In this document: piece after piece, positions 45,101-57,100 of the stretch
Position numbering within the stretch: the first letter of the stretch is position 1
Layout of the letters: each line of letters begins with the position of its first letter
NCBI GenBank assembly: GCA_950097015.1
Contig: CATNEN010000008.1
Span: forward strand, 3,410,001 to 3,474,000
Source of the DNA: Macrostomum hystrix
Lineage: Eukaryota; Animalia; Platyhelminthes
Length of the DNA: 64,000 nt
Direction of reading: 5' to 3'
Notes under the pieces: model-generated
What the model was told of the DNA's origin: nothing
What the model saw: the letters and a program-made list of their open reading frames with translations, nothing else
Databases searched by the model: none
Program-made: the position numbers and the translations under genes

Positions 45101-45742
45101 AAGTCTTGCTCCTCCTGCTGGGGACTTGAGAAGAAGTTGAGGCTGCTGCAGCTGCAGACAGCTCGAGGTAACGAGATCAAGAGAAGCGTGCTGACAGAGA
45201 GCGATGAGAACACGGCAGTCGAGTACTTCAAGGTGTACGATCGAGTGATGCGCTACATCAAGAGCGAACACTCTGTCACAGTGACAGAGATTGAGAGCAT
45301 CGAGAAGATCGAGAGCATGGCTCTTGACCGTCGTCTGTTGGATGTTCGCAGCCAGTTGGTGAAGAAGGACTCAGTTCCCGAGCAGTTCTTTCATGGAACC
45401 CGAGGCGATATCGCCGAGTTGATCATCAAAGAGGGATTCAAGGTGGGCTCTAGTGGAATGTACGGCGCCGGGATCTACTTTGCCACGGACACCACAAAGA
45501 GCGTGCAGTACTGTCGCGAGTCAGGCACCCGGACTCTTCTGTTGTGCGACGTTCTTCTCGGAAAGACAATGGTCTGCGACAGGCCACAGAATCACCTCAA
45601 CCTGAAGGCTGTCACCGACGCAGGCTACGACTCTGTGTTCGCCAAGCGGAACACTAAGGCCACCAAGGGCGTCTTGAACGACGAGTACATCGTGTACCGT
45701 CCTGAGCAGGCCGCTCCAAGGTACCTCGTCAAATTTCGCTAG
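39166..45742 (+). CDS. ZNFX1: ZNFX1-like SF1 RNA helicase / NF-X1 zinc-finger protein fused to a C-terminal PARP-like ADP-ribosyltransferase, with N-terminal RGG and cold-shock modules; copy B (~1889 aa). Exons 39166-39223, 39330-39524, 40326-45742
   Basis: Same helicase, zinc-finger and H-Y-E ART motifs as copy A. The upstream exons (MAESLPIDKRKYGDRQSWR|GGEFRGGSRGG...FRF|GYVVKIV) join through phase-1 GT-AG introns into one 5670-nt frame. Confidence 0.92.
39655..39790 (-). mobile_element. tRNA-derived SINE fragment, family 3
   Basis: The minus strand reads GAGGTCACAAGTTCGAATCTC (B-box region) followed by TGTGCCCTCAAGCAAGACA, which resembles the conserved body of many metazoan SINE2 elements. 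Confidence 0.5.
39797..40110 (+). mobile_element. SINE family 1, copy 3 (in intron 2 of ZNFX1-PARP copy B, sense to the gene)
   Basis: Homologous to 28745-29055; B-box-like GAGCTCGATTCC. Confidence 0.8.
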
Positions 45743-46480
45743 GCTTTTTTGGGCAGTAGAAAAAATAATTTTCAGTCACGCTTGCGCTCTTGACTTAACT
45801 AAACGTGTGGAAGTGACGCTGTCCCAATTGGGCTTATGGTTTGCTTCATCGTTTTGTAGAAGTCTGCATCACCATGATTCTGCATCACCATGGCTCTGCA
45901 TCACCATTTATCAACTGCTTCCATTCGGTCAACTGTGTTGCTTCTTAAATTATGTGCTAATTTTCTTGCACTTTTCTCGCTAGCTGCTAAAGTCATATAT
46001 ATTTTTTTTGTTTGAACACGCAACAATCATTTGTCCGTTTCTTAGTTGTGTAATCTAGCAAAAAAGTATAGCAATATTCTTTGCTATATTTTGACTATTT
46101 CGCAAATCTTCTTAAGCGGCGAAAGTTTTTTTTGCTTTTTTGCACGTTGAAAGCACGATTGAAAAAATTATCTTATCTTATAATAAAGAAGAAAATTATA
46201 AAGATATTTTTCAGCGTTTGTGGTTACGCATGGCTGAGATTATTATAATTTTTCTACACTACGCTGTATAATCTATACAATCTTAACACTAGTTCTCAAC
46301 AAAATTCAATTTTATCTATACACCTAACGTGTATTTTTGCCTCGAAACAAAACTCGCTTACTTATCAGAGCTGTTTGTCTCTCCCATAAATCTCCCATAA
46401 ATGAGCAAGACCTAAATGACAAGACTGCGCTTTATTTGTTTATTATTTTCCTTAAAAAATATTTACGTTTTAGAAGGCAA

Positions 46481-47065
46481 TCTCTTCTCTATCTATTTGC
46501 AGGGGGGCCCGGGGCACTTGTCGCACAAGCGACGGAGCGGCACGCCCCCAGACCGACGAACTAGGCGCTTAGCGCCCATCGCGCCGCCTCTGAGCAGGCA
46601 CCACACACAGCAGCACAGACCAGCCGGGGAGGGCAGGAGGCACCCAGAATTGGCAGCAGTATCCCTCACCCCAACCCCACACGCACAGAGCAGACCAAGC
46701 CGGGGGGAAAGGCTGATAAGAAATCAGTCCTCAGGGGAGCGGGTGATGAGTGTACACTTATCCAATCGCGCTGACGGAGATCCAGAAAGCGCGCGCCAGT
46801 GTACACCCGCCCCCCAGCCACCCCCCAAGGCCTCACGCCCCAGCGCCAACGCACCCAACTCAAACAACGCAGAACAGGCACACAGAAAGGTATAGCGAAG
46901 CTATTATTTCAAGCTTTGATTGCACGAAATATGGTGCACTCCGCCGGTCGCTACTGTCCAAACCCACCAACAAGTCCCGAAATTAATCGTGACTTGAAGG
47001 GAGAATCGAACTAGCGTCTATTGGAGTGCGAGGCAGCGACGCTAGCCGCTGACCCACTCGCCCAA
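46481..47065 (-). mobile_element. Full-length tRNA-derived SINE, family 2 (585 bp), with 13-bp target-site duplication
   Basis: Flanking direct repeats TTTTAGAAGGCAA (46468-46480, 47066-47078). The minus-strand head has A-box-like TGGGTCAGCGG and B-box-like AGTTCGATTCT. GC-rich body and purine-rich tail (ATAGATAGAGAAGAGA). Confidence 0.75.
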
Positions 47066-47757
47066 TTTTAGAAGGCAAACATTATTTGTAATTCCTCATC
47101 GGCTTATAAGCGATCGTAATTCAGGCTGTTGGAATTAGTCAACAATTTTAATTGGGGTTCATTTCAAAATAATTAAATACACACAGTGGGAACCTCGACT
47201 AAAGCTTCGTTCCTGCAATTTCAAGAATTATTTGTTTGTTTTATTGTATTCATACGAAGATTATTTTTACTTGATTGATTGATCGATTGATCGATTAAAG
47301 CTGGCTCCGGCAAGAACACCTGTTTCGAAAATCAATTGTTTTTATTTGTAGCAATATAAAATAGTTCGACTTAAAAAATAGTCGAGGACTATAACGAGGA
47401 AACAACGGTATATTTTATAAAACCATTTTTAAAGAAGGGATGACTACCAGTACAAGTGCTGAAGTAGTAAAGCGAAAAAGTTGGTGCACTGGAAGAAAAA
47501 CACAGCTAATTTGCGCTAATCAAAGATGATTAAATTCGAGTACGAGAAAAAGCAATAAAATTGCGACAGAACTAAGGCTACTGATTAGATCTAGGGTGTT
47601 AGGTTCCAGATTAAGGAGGTAAGCGAAATTATTTTGATCACACTAAATATATAAAGAATAGCAATACTTATTAGGCAAAAAAGGTTTAAAGATACATTAT
47701 AAATAAAATAACGATGAAATTTTTAATAAGTAAAAGTATTTTATACTTATACATATT

Positions 47758-47868
47758 AAGGACCACTAGAAGAAGAGTACTCTTCACATATTTGAATTTA
47801 GGACCACTAGAAGAACATGAAATAAAAATTCTATTGTCGTCATGTCATTTCTTCTTCTAGTGGTCCTT
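47758..47868. repeat. Short foldback element with an 18-bp perfect inverted repeat (AAGGACCACTAGAAGAAG) and an internal third copy
   Basis: 47758-47775 is the reverse complement of 47851-47868; a direct partial copy sits at ~47800-47815. Confidence 0.85.
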
Positions 47869-48184
47869 GATTTGAATGCGATAACTAGTTTGCTTTGGAT
47901 TTAAAGTGATTGAAAAAAAGCTGCAAATACTTTCTGCTAAGCGGAAGGAATATTTCTTAAACTGATGCGTTAGAAACAGTTTTTTTCGTTTTTAGACTGA
48001 GCTTGATAAAGCCTTTATACATTTGTTTGAATTAAAACAAGAAGTTTAAATTATTTGTTTTCAATGAAACGATAAAAAAGCGTGGGTTTGCAGTTGCTTT
48101 CTGTCCACGTTTATAGACGCAATATACTGTTCATACCAAAAAAAAAAGAAATAATTCTGTGCTTTTAATATAAAATAATTTAGC

Positions 48185-51100
48185 ATGGAGGGGCAAAGCA
48201 ATGAAGATGGAGTTGGTATTTCAGATTTTATTCTATATGACACACTGACAACTGAGGACATCGTTAGCAACCTGAAAGAAAGGTGAGCCCATGCATATTT
48301 GTTTGCGTTTTAAAAATAGAAATGAAAAAGGCAGCAAAAAATAAGTATTTCGATGTTTTTATTTACTTTTCAGTAATTTTTATACTTGTTATTATTATAA
48401 GGTGAGTATGTACTGTGAAAGTTGAAATTTTAAAGTAGAAAAGCTTCACTTCCAAATTATAAGTGGGGTCAAGTTATAAAAGTTGTGAATTTTTTAATTA
48501 GGCCTACTGATTTTTTCATATAAATGTAATCCTTTAAAATGCATTTATTTTTTGTTTGTTGCAGTTCTTTATTTGAAATAGTATCTAATTGAGGAAATAT
48601 GGCATTTCATTTGTATAAATTCTAGCTGTTTTCTTACAAATTAACTACCTAATAAAGTATTTATTGATGAATAGATGCTAGTGGTTTCTTAGCTTTTAAT
48701 TCTAGACGACTTACTTATGTTATATGTATAGTGCTTGTGGCTACAATTAATGAGCATGACATGACGACAATAGAATTTTGATTTCATCATTACAGAAGCT
48801 TACAAGGTCAGAATTCTGATAGTTGATGGCACAGTGCTTTAATTACCTTAATGAAGTTAATTTATTAGTTTCTTTTTAGGTTTAAATTGAGCCTTTTCAA
48901 ACTAGACGCATTGTTGCACCTGTGTAAATGAGTATGAAATTTGTTTAACTTTACAGATAAAAGTAACAACTTTATTGCTCATTGTCACAGGCCCTTAAAT
49001 AGAAATGAAAGTATGAAACTTATTTATTCATTAGCTCATTATTTTCTTACTTTGAAATTAAGATTCTCGAAGAACAAGATCTACACCTACATTGGCGAGA
49101 TCCTGGTCTCCGTGAATCCCTACCGGGATCTGCAGCTCTACACTGAAAAGTGCATCGCCGACTATCGCAACAGGGAGAGATACGAGAGGCCGCCGCACAT
49201 CTACTGGGTGGCGGACACCGCACACAAGACTCTCGCCAGATTCGGACAGGACACCTGCGTGCTCATCTCGGGCGAGAGCGGCTCCGGCAAGACCGAGGCG
49301 AGCAAAGTCATCCTACAGTACCTGGCTCACAATGCCGCCTTTGGGGTTGCCAGCGCCTCCGCCGCCGCGGCCGGCGGCAGACAGAGCAGGTCCTTGGACA
49401 GACAGCGAGTCCGCGCTCAGGTTGATCGGTTAGTGTACAGGGGTTGGTGGCAGAGCTGCCTCTAGCACCAAGGTCCCTGAGCTCGATTCTGCGGCGAGGC
49501 CACATTTATTTGGGGTGCAGCCGCGGAAAGAAGGCTTGGGGGCTTGTCGTGCAATTTACGCACTTGAACCAACCTCCAAGGCACAGTGAAGTGTACACTG
49601 CCTGACGATGAGAAAGCCAGGGCAGATGTACACACCTGTGTGAGAGTGTGCCTGCGTACAGTATCTGAGTGCTATTGCCATTGCAACTATTATTAACATT
49701 ATTGATCGGTTATTACTTGATCTTGACCTTGACTCAATTCGACCTTGACCAGATCTTAACTTTATCCGATTCGACCTTGACCCAATTTTATCATAAAAAT
49801 CCATCCATTCCCATGTGTTCTATGAAATATGGTCTTTGTCTTTAATTAAAAACTTTAAAAGAGACGTTGTTTTCCTCGTGACTGCCGCCTCACCTTTGTT
49901 AGAGCCTGCAGTGCCTACCCAATGTCCTCCAACTGTTACAGTCGTTTTTTATACAAAAGGACGCAGCTGTCTGAATACTGAATCCCGTTTCCTCAATCTG
50001 CCGCCGCAGAGTCGCCGAGATCCTCATCGACTCCACCAGCCTCCTGGAGGCGTACGGCAACGCCCAGACGACTCGAAACGACAACTCAAGCCGGTTCGGC
50101 AAGTACATGGACATCCTCTTCGACTTCAAGGGCGACCCGGCCGGTGGCAGCATGCGCAACTATCTGCTGGAGAAGAGTCGCGTGGTGCACCAGCAGGCCG
50201 GCGAGAGGAATTTCCACATCTTCTACCAGATGCTGGCCGGATTGGCCGAGCCGGAGCGGCGAAGACTTGGCCTGCCCACCGGCGGCCTGAAGGACTTCGC
50301 CTACCTCGTGCAGGGCGGCTGCTCCGCGCTCGGGGTGAGTCTTAAACCTTGCCGGTCTGAAATCTCTCTCCCTCTCTTGTAGAGTATAACGTAGATTATA
50401 ACGTACATTCTATGTACATTCTAAAGTACATTCTATGTACATTCTAAAGTACATTCTATGTACATTCTAAAGTACATTCTATGTACATTCTAAAGTACAT
50501 TCTATGTACATTCTAAAGTACATTCTATGTACATTCTAAAGTACATTCTATGTACATTCTAAAGTACATTCTATGTACATTCTAAAGTACATTATATGAA
50601 CATTCTATCGTATGTACAAATTCTTACTTTGCATATTCTAATATACATTTAGTGAAATAAGAAGGTCGTGCAATAAATTGAGTCTTCAAATTTAGAGTCA
50701 ATCTTTGAACATCTTGTGGGGGGTTGGTTAAAACGAAAACGGAGTGAGCACGGGCCAGAGGGTAAGAGACGAGATGGAGGGGGTGAGGAAATAGAGTCGA
50801 AGAGCGAGCCAATCAGAGACGAGGGGGAATAGATAGAAATAAAGCTTAGCTAAGAAGTTGAACAGACAGAGGGATAGAGGGGAAATCCTAATTACGTATA
50901 TTCCAATTAAAACTCAATCCGTTCTCAAATATTAGAAAGACGACGCAGCAAATTTTCGCAAAGTCAGCCAGGCCATGGACTCCGTTGCCTTCACACCCGG
51001 GGAGAAGGACAGCTGCCTGCGAGTCACTGCTGCCGTCATGCTGCTAGTGAGCAATTTTATTTCAACGTTTTAAGCGCCCAATAGAAATTCCTTACTAAAG

Positions 51101-54100
51101 TTAGTTGTTCTGTTTTCCTTACTAAAGTTAGTTGTTCTGTTTTAGGGCAACATTGAATACGAGTCTAATCCGGATGATCAGAGCAACAGCTCCGTGCGAG
51201 TGAAGTCGGCATGCCAGCAGTCCCTGTCGCAGCTGGCCGGCCTTCTCCGCGTACAACTGGACGAACTGACCAAGGCATTGGTCTCTAGGCGCATAACGAC
51301 AGCTAGCGACTCTGTGGACAAGGCCTACGACATGCCGCAGGCGGTCTATGCGAGGGACGCCCTAGCCAAGGCCATCTATGATCGGCTGTTTAATTTTGTC
51401 TTCGAGAAAGTCAACTCGGCGCTAGCTGCAGCCGGCGAGATTGACGGAGATGGCGACGGAGTCGGCGTCAGAGGCGCCGAGAAGGCAGCCAAGCGGCGCG
51501 CCATCGGCATTCTTGACATCTATGGCTTCGAGATCTTCGAGACTAACAGGTTGAACTGGGTCAGGTTGAATTCGGTCAAGTTAGATTGGGTCAGGTCAGA
51601 TTGGGCCTAGTCAGATTGGGTCAGGTCAGGTCAGATTGGGCCAGGTCAGGTTAGATTGGGTCAGGTCAGATTGGGCCAGGTCAGATTGGGCCAGGTCAGG
51701 TTAGATTGGGTCAGGTCAGATTGGGTCAGGTCAGGTCAGATTGGGTCAGGTCAGGTCAGATTGGGTCAGGTCAGATTGGGCCAGGTCACGTCAGATTGGG
51801 TTAGGTCAGATTGGGTCAGGTCAGATTGGGTCAGGTCAGATTGGGTCAGGTCAGGTCAGATTGGGTCAGGTCAGATTGGGCCTAGTCAGATTGGGTCAGG
51901 TCAGGTCAGATTGGGCCAGGTCGGATTAAGAAGGATCAGATTAAATTAGCTGATATTAAATTCTATTAAAGTACAAACTAATTTGGTACTTTTTCAGCTT
52001 CGAGCAGTTCTGCATCAACTACTGCAACGAGCGGCTGCAGCAGCTCTTTATTGAGCTCATTCTCAAACAGGAACAGGAGGAGTATGAAAAGGAGGGAATC
52101 CAATGGGAGCACGTAAGTTAGCGTGGCTACCAGGCTTGCATTGTGTCTAACCAGCTGTCCCCAATGTCTAACCAGCTGTCCCCAATGTCCAACCAGCTGT
52201 CCCCAATGTCTAACCATCTGTCCCCAATGTCCAACCAGCTGTCCCCAATGTCTAACCAGCTGTCCCCAATGTCTAACCATCTGTCCCCAATGTCTAACCA
52301 TCTGTCCCCAATGTCTAACCATCTGTCCCCAATGTCTAACCATCTGTCCCCAATGTCTAACCAGCTGTCCCCAATGTCTAACCAGCTGTCCCCAATGTCT
52401 AACCATCTGTCCCCAATGTCTAACCAGCTGTCCCCAATGTCTAACCATCTGTCCCCAACGTCTAACCATCTGTCCCCAATGTCCAACCAGCTGTCCCCAA
52501 TGTCTAACCATCTGTCCCCAATGTCCAACCAGCTGTCCCCAATGTCTAACCAGCTGTCCCCAATGTCTAACCAGCTGTCCCCAATGTCCAACCAGCTGTC
52601 CCCAATGTCTAACCAGCTGTCCCCAATGTCTAACCATCTGTCCCCAATGTCTAACCAGCTGTCCCCAATGTCTAACCAGCTGTCCCCAATGTCTAATTAA
52701 CTGTTTATTCAAAGGCTTTCGACAAGGATTTGATCAGTGTACAATTTACCTGCAATATCGGAGCTAGAAATCATTTTAGTTGTTTAGTTTCGACAGGTGA
52801 AACTAAACCAAACCAGGCCTTTTGAACCATAAAATCTTAACGTTTGAATGAGCCACCAGCTCTGTGAGCATGAGTAGTCGAAGATAAGATTAGGAGCAGA
52901 TAGGGAATTTTTACAAACCGACTCGTGCTGAATGTGTGTGCCCCAACTCTTTGAGTTTTGAGTAGGGACTGATTGGGACAAGGAGAGCTTGTGGACACAG
53001 TACCGAGCACTTGAGTCTGTTTGCTCAACACCTATGGATACTTATCGAAACAGTTAAAAAGTGCACTTCTCTTCGCTTTAGTGCCTTCCTCTGTCTTCCC
53101 CTGCCATCCTCTGCCATTCTCTGCCATTCTCTGCCATTCTCTGCCTTCCCCTGCCATCCTCTGCCATCCTCTGCGATCCTCTGCCTTCCCCTGCCATTCT
53201 CTGCCATCCTCTGCCATCCTCTGCCATCCTCTGCAATCTTCTGCCTTTCTCTGCCATTCTCTGCCATCCTCTGCCATCCTCTGCCTTCCTCTGCCATTCT
53301 CTGCCATTCTCTGCCTTCCTCTGCCATCCTCTGCCTTCCTCTTCCATTCTCTGCCATCCTCTTCTTCCATCCTCTGCCTTCCTCTGCCATTCTCTGCCTT
53401 CCTCTGCCATCCTCTGCCATCCTCTGCCTTCCTCTACCTTCCTCTGCCATTCTCTGCCTTCCTCTGCCATTCTCTGCCTTCCTCTGCCATCCTCTGCCAT
53501 CCTCTGCCATCCTCTGCCATCCTCTGCCATCCTCTGCCATCCTCTGCCTTCCTCTGCCATCCTCTGCCATTCTCTGCCTTCCACTGCCATCCTCTGGGAT
53601 CCTCTGCCTTCCACTGCCATCCTCTGCCTTCCTCTGCCATCCTCTGCCTTCCTCTGCCATCCTCTGCCTTCCTCTGCCATCCTCTGCCATCCTCTGCCAT
53701 CCTCTGCCTTCCTCTGCCATCCTCTGCCATTCTCTGCCTTCCACTGCCATCCTCTGGGATCCTCTGCCTTCCTCTGCCATCCTCTGCCTTCCTCTGCCAT
53801 CCTCTGCCTTCCTCTGCCATTCTCTGCCATTCTCTGCCTTCCACTGCCATCCTCTGCCATTCTCTTCCATCCTCTACAATCTTGTGCCATTCTCTGCCTT
53901 CCTCTGCCATCCTCTGCCTTCCTCTTCCATTCTCTGCCATCCTCTTCTTCCATCCTCTGCCTTCCTCTGCCTTCCTCTGCCTTCCTCTGCCATCCTCTTC
54001 CATTCTCTGCCATCCTCTGCCATCCTCTGCCATCCTCTGCCATCCTCTGCCATTCTCTGCCTTCCTCTGCCATTCTCTGCCTTCCTCTGCCATCCTCTGC

Positions 54101-57100
54101 CATTCTCTGCCTTCCACTGCCATCCTCTGGGATCCTCTGCCTTCCTCTGCCATCCTCTGCCTTCCTCTGCCATCCTCTGCCTTCCTCTGCCATCCTCTGC
54201 CTTCCTCTGCCATCCTCTGCCATCCTCTGCCTTCCTCTGCCTTCCTCTCCTATCCACTATTCTCCTGCTCCTTCTCCTTATTCCCTTCTCATTGACTCTC
54301 AGTGAGTAAACTTTCTCCTTTGGCTCACCAGGAATTTAAGCCCAGAACAATGTGACAGATATCTAACGCATAAAAGGCTGGGAATATAAAACTTTAAAAA
54401 GCTATTTGCATCAATTGGCACACTCTGAAGTGTGCAGTTCTTTCGTCCAAGAGGCTGTGCTTAAAACCCAGGCCTGCAGTTTAATATGCGAATGCACTCT
54501 GCCTATTCGTTCAACTCATTGCGACTGCTTTTTTGCGTTTGACTTGACAAAAGGCGTGCACAGCCAACTGCCCGGGCTAGCAACAGCCACCTCATTTAGC
54601 TCTGCTTTTGCTATAGCTTGGCTTTTTATTAGTTCTCAGCTCTGTTTCAGTGCTCATAATTTCTACTCTGTCTATTCTGTCTGGTGAGCTGAGCAGTCTT
54701 AAACACAAAAATAGGAGACAACGCCCCAGCTATGAGAATCGGAGGATAAAATGGCTTGAGGAGATCGGATTCAGGGCGGGTCCCATTCGTGCGACCTTAG
54801 TAGGCTCAGCTAATAATCTACGAGCTATGCACAACTCAACTCGCCTGGTTACTTGAGATATTGGGTTATTAACTAGACAACTAACTGGCTGCTTGCTTGA
54901 TGACCTGTTTCTCGGCACCTGAGCTTATTAGCTGTCTCACCTTCTAATATGCACTGCTTAGTGTTACTGACTGACCTTCCATACCTGACCTGCTTGTTCG
55001 ATCTATCCTCACCTAACTCTACTTCTTCCTGTACCTCTCCTCTCCTCTCCTCTCCTCTCCTGTCCTCTCCTGTCCTGTCCTCTCCCGTCCTCCCCTCTCC
55101 TGTCCTCTCCTGTCCTGTCCTCTCCTGTCCTCTCCTGTCCTCTCCTCTCCTGTCCTCTCCTGTCCTGTCCTCTCCTGTCCTCTCCTGTCCTCTCCTCTCC
55201 TGTCCTCTCCTGTCCTGTCCTCTCCTGTCCTCTCCTGTCCTCTCCTGTCCTGTCCTCTCCCGTCCTCCCCTCTCCTGTCCTCTCCTGTCCTGTCCTCTCC
55301 TGTCCTCTCCTGTCCTCTCCTCTCCTGTCCTCTCCTGTCCTGTCCTCTCCTGTCCTCTCCTGTCCTCTCCTCTCCTGTCCTCTCCTCTCCTGTCCTCTCC
55401 TCCCCTCTCCTGTCCTGTCCTCTCCTGTCCTCTCCTGTCCTGTCCTGTCCTGTCCTCTCCTGTCCTCTCCTCTCCTGTCCTCTCCTGTCCTCTCCTCTCC
55501 TGTCCTCTCCTGTCCTCTCCTCTCCTGTCCTCCCCTCTCCTGTCCTCCCCTCTCCTGTCCTGTCCTGTCCTCTCCTGTCCTCTCCTCTCCTGTCCTCTCC
55601 TGTCCTCTCCTGTCCTGTCCTCTCCTCTCCTCTCCTCTCCTGTCTTGTCAAATCCTCTCCTGTCCTCCCCTCTCCTGTTCTGTCCTGTCCTGTCCTCTCC
55701 TGTCCTGTCCTCTCCTGTCCTGTCCTCTCCTGTCCTCTCCTGTCCTCTCCTCTCCTGTCCTCTCCTGTCCTGTCCTCTCCTGTCTTGTCCTCTCCTCTCC
55801 TGTCCTCCCCTCTCCTGTCCTGTCCTCTCCTGTCTTGTCCTCTCCTCTCCTGTCCTCCCCTCTCCTGTCCTGTCCTGTCCTATCCTGTCCTCTCATGTCC
55901 TGTCCTGTCCTGTCCTCTCCTGTCCTCTCCTGTCCTCTCCTCTCCTGTCTTCTCCTCTCCTGTCCTCTCCTCTCCTGTCCTCTCCTGTCCTGTCCTCTCC
56001 TGTCTTGTCCTCTCCTGTCCTCTCCTCCCCTCTCCTGTCCTGTCCTCTCCTGTCCTCTCCTGTCCTGTCCTGTCCTGTCCTCTCCTGTCCTCTCCTCTCC
56101 TGTCCTCTCCTGTCCTCTCCTCTCCTGTCCTCTCCTCTCCTGTCCTCCCCTCTCCTGTCCTGTCCTCTCCTGTCCTCTCCTGTCCTGTCCTGTCCTGTCC
56201 TCTCCTGTCCTCTCCTCTCCTGTCCTCTCCTGTCCTGTCCTCTCCCGTCCTCCCCTCTCCTGTCCTCTCCTGTCCTGTCCTCTCCTGTCCTCTCCTGTCC
56301 TCTCCTCTCCTGTCCTCTCCTGTCCTGTCCTCTCCTGTCCTCTCCTGTCCTCTCCTCTCCTGTCCTCTCCTCTCCTGTCCTCTCCTCCCCTCTCCTGTCC
56401 TGTCCTCTCCTGTCCTCTCCTGTCCTGTCCTGTCCTGTCCTCTCCTGTCCTCTCCTCTCCTGTCCTCTCCTGTCCTCTCCTCTCCTGTCCTCTCCTGTCC
56501 TCTCCTCTCCTGTCCTCCCCTCTCCTGTCCTCCCCTCTCCTGTCCTGTCCTGTCCTCTCCTGTCCTCTCCTCTCCTGTCCTCTCCTGTCCTCTCCTGTCC
56601 TGTCCTCTCCTCTCCTCTCCTCTCCTGTCTTGTCAAATCCTCTCCTGTCCTCCCCTCTCCTGTTCTGTCCTGTCCTGTCCTCTCCTGTCCTGTCCTCTCC
56701 TGTCCTGTCCTCTCCTGTCCTCTCCTGTCCTCTCCTCTCCTGTCCTCTCCTGTCCTGTCCTCTCCTGTCTTGTCCTCTCCTCTCCTGTCCTCCCCTCTCC
56801 TGTCCTGTCCTCTCCTGTCTTGTCCTCTCCTCTCCTGTCCTCCCCTCTCCTGTCCTGTCCTGTCCTATCCTGTCCTCTCCTGTCCTGTCCTGTCCTGTCC
56901 TCTCCTGTCCTCTCCTGTCCTCTCCTCTCCTGTCTTCTCCTCTCCTGTCCTCTCCTCTCCTGTCCTCTCCTGTCCTGTCCTCTCCTGTCCTCTCCTCTCC
57001 TGTCCTCTCCTCCCCTCTCCTGTCCTGTCCTCTCCTGTCCTCTCCTGTCCTGTCCTGTCCTGTCCTCTCCTGTCCTCTCCTCTCCTGTCCTCTCCTGTCC

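Noticed and set aside
46337-47014. Several 70-160-aa ORFs in the GC-rich island
   Set aside because: They lie within or overlap a TSD-flanked SINE and have no protein motifs.
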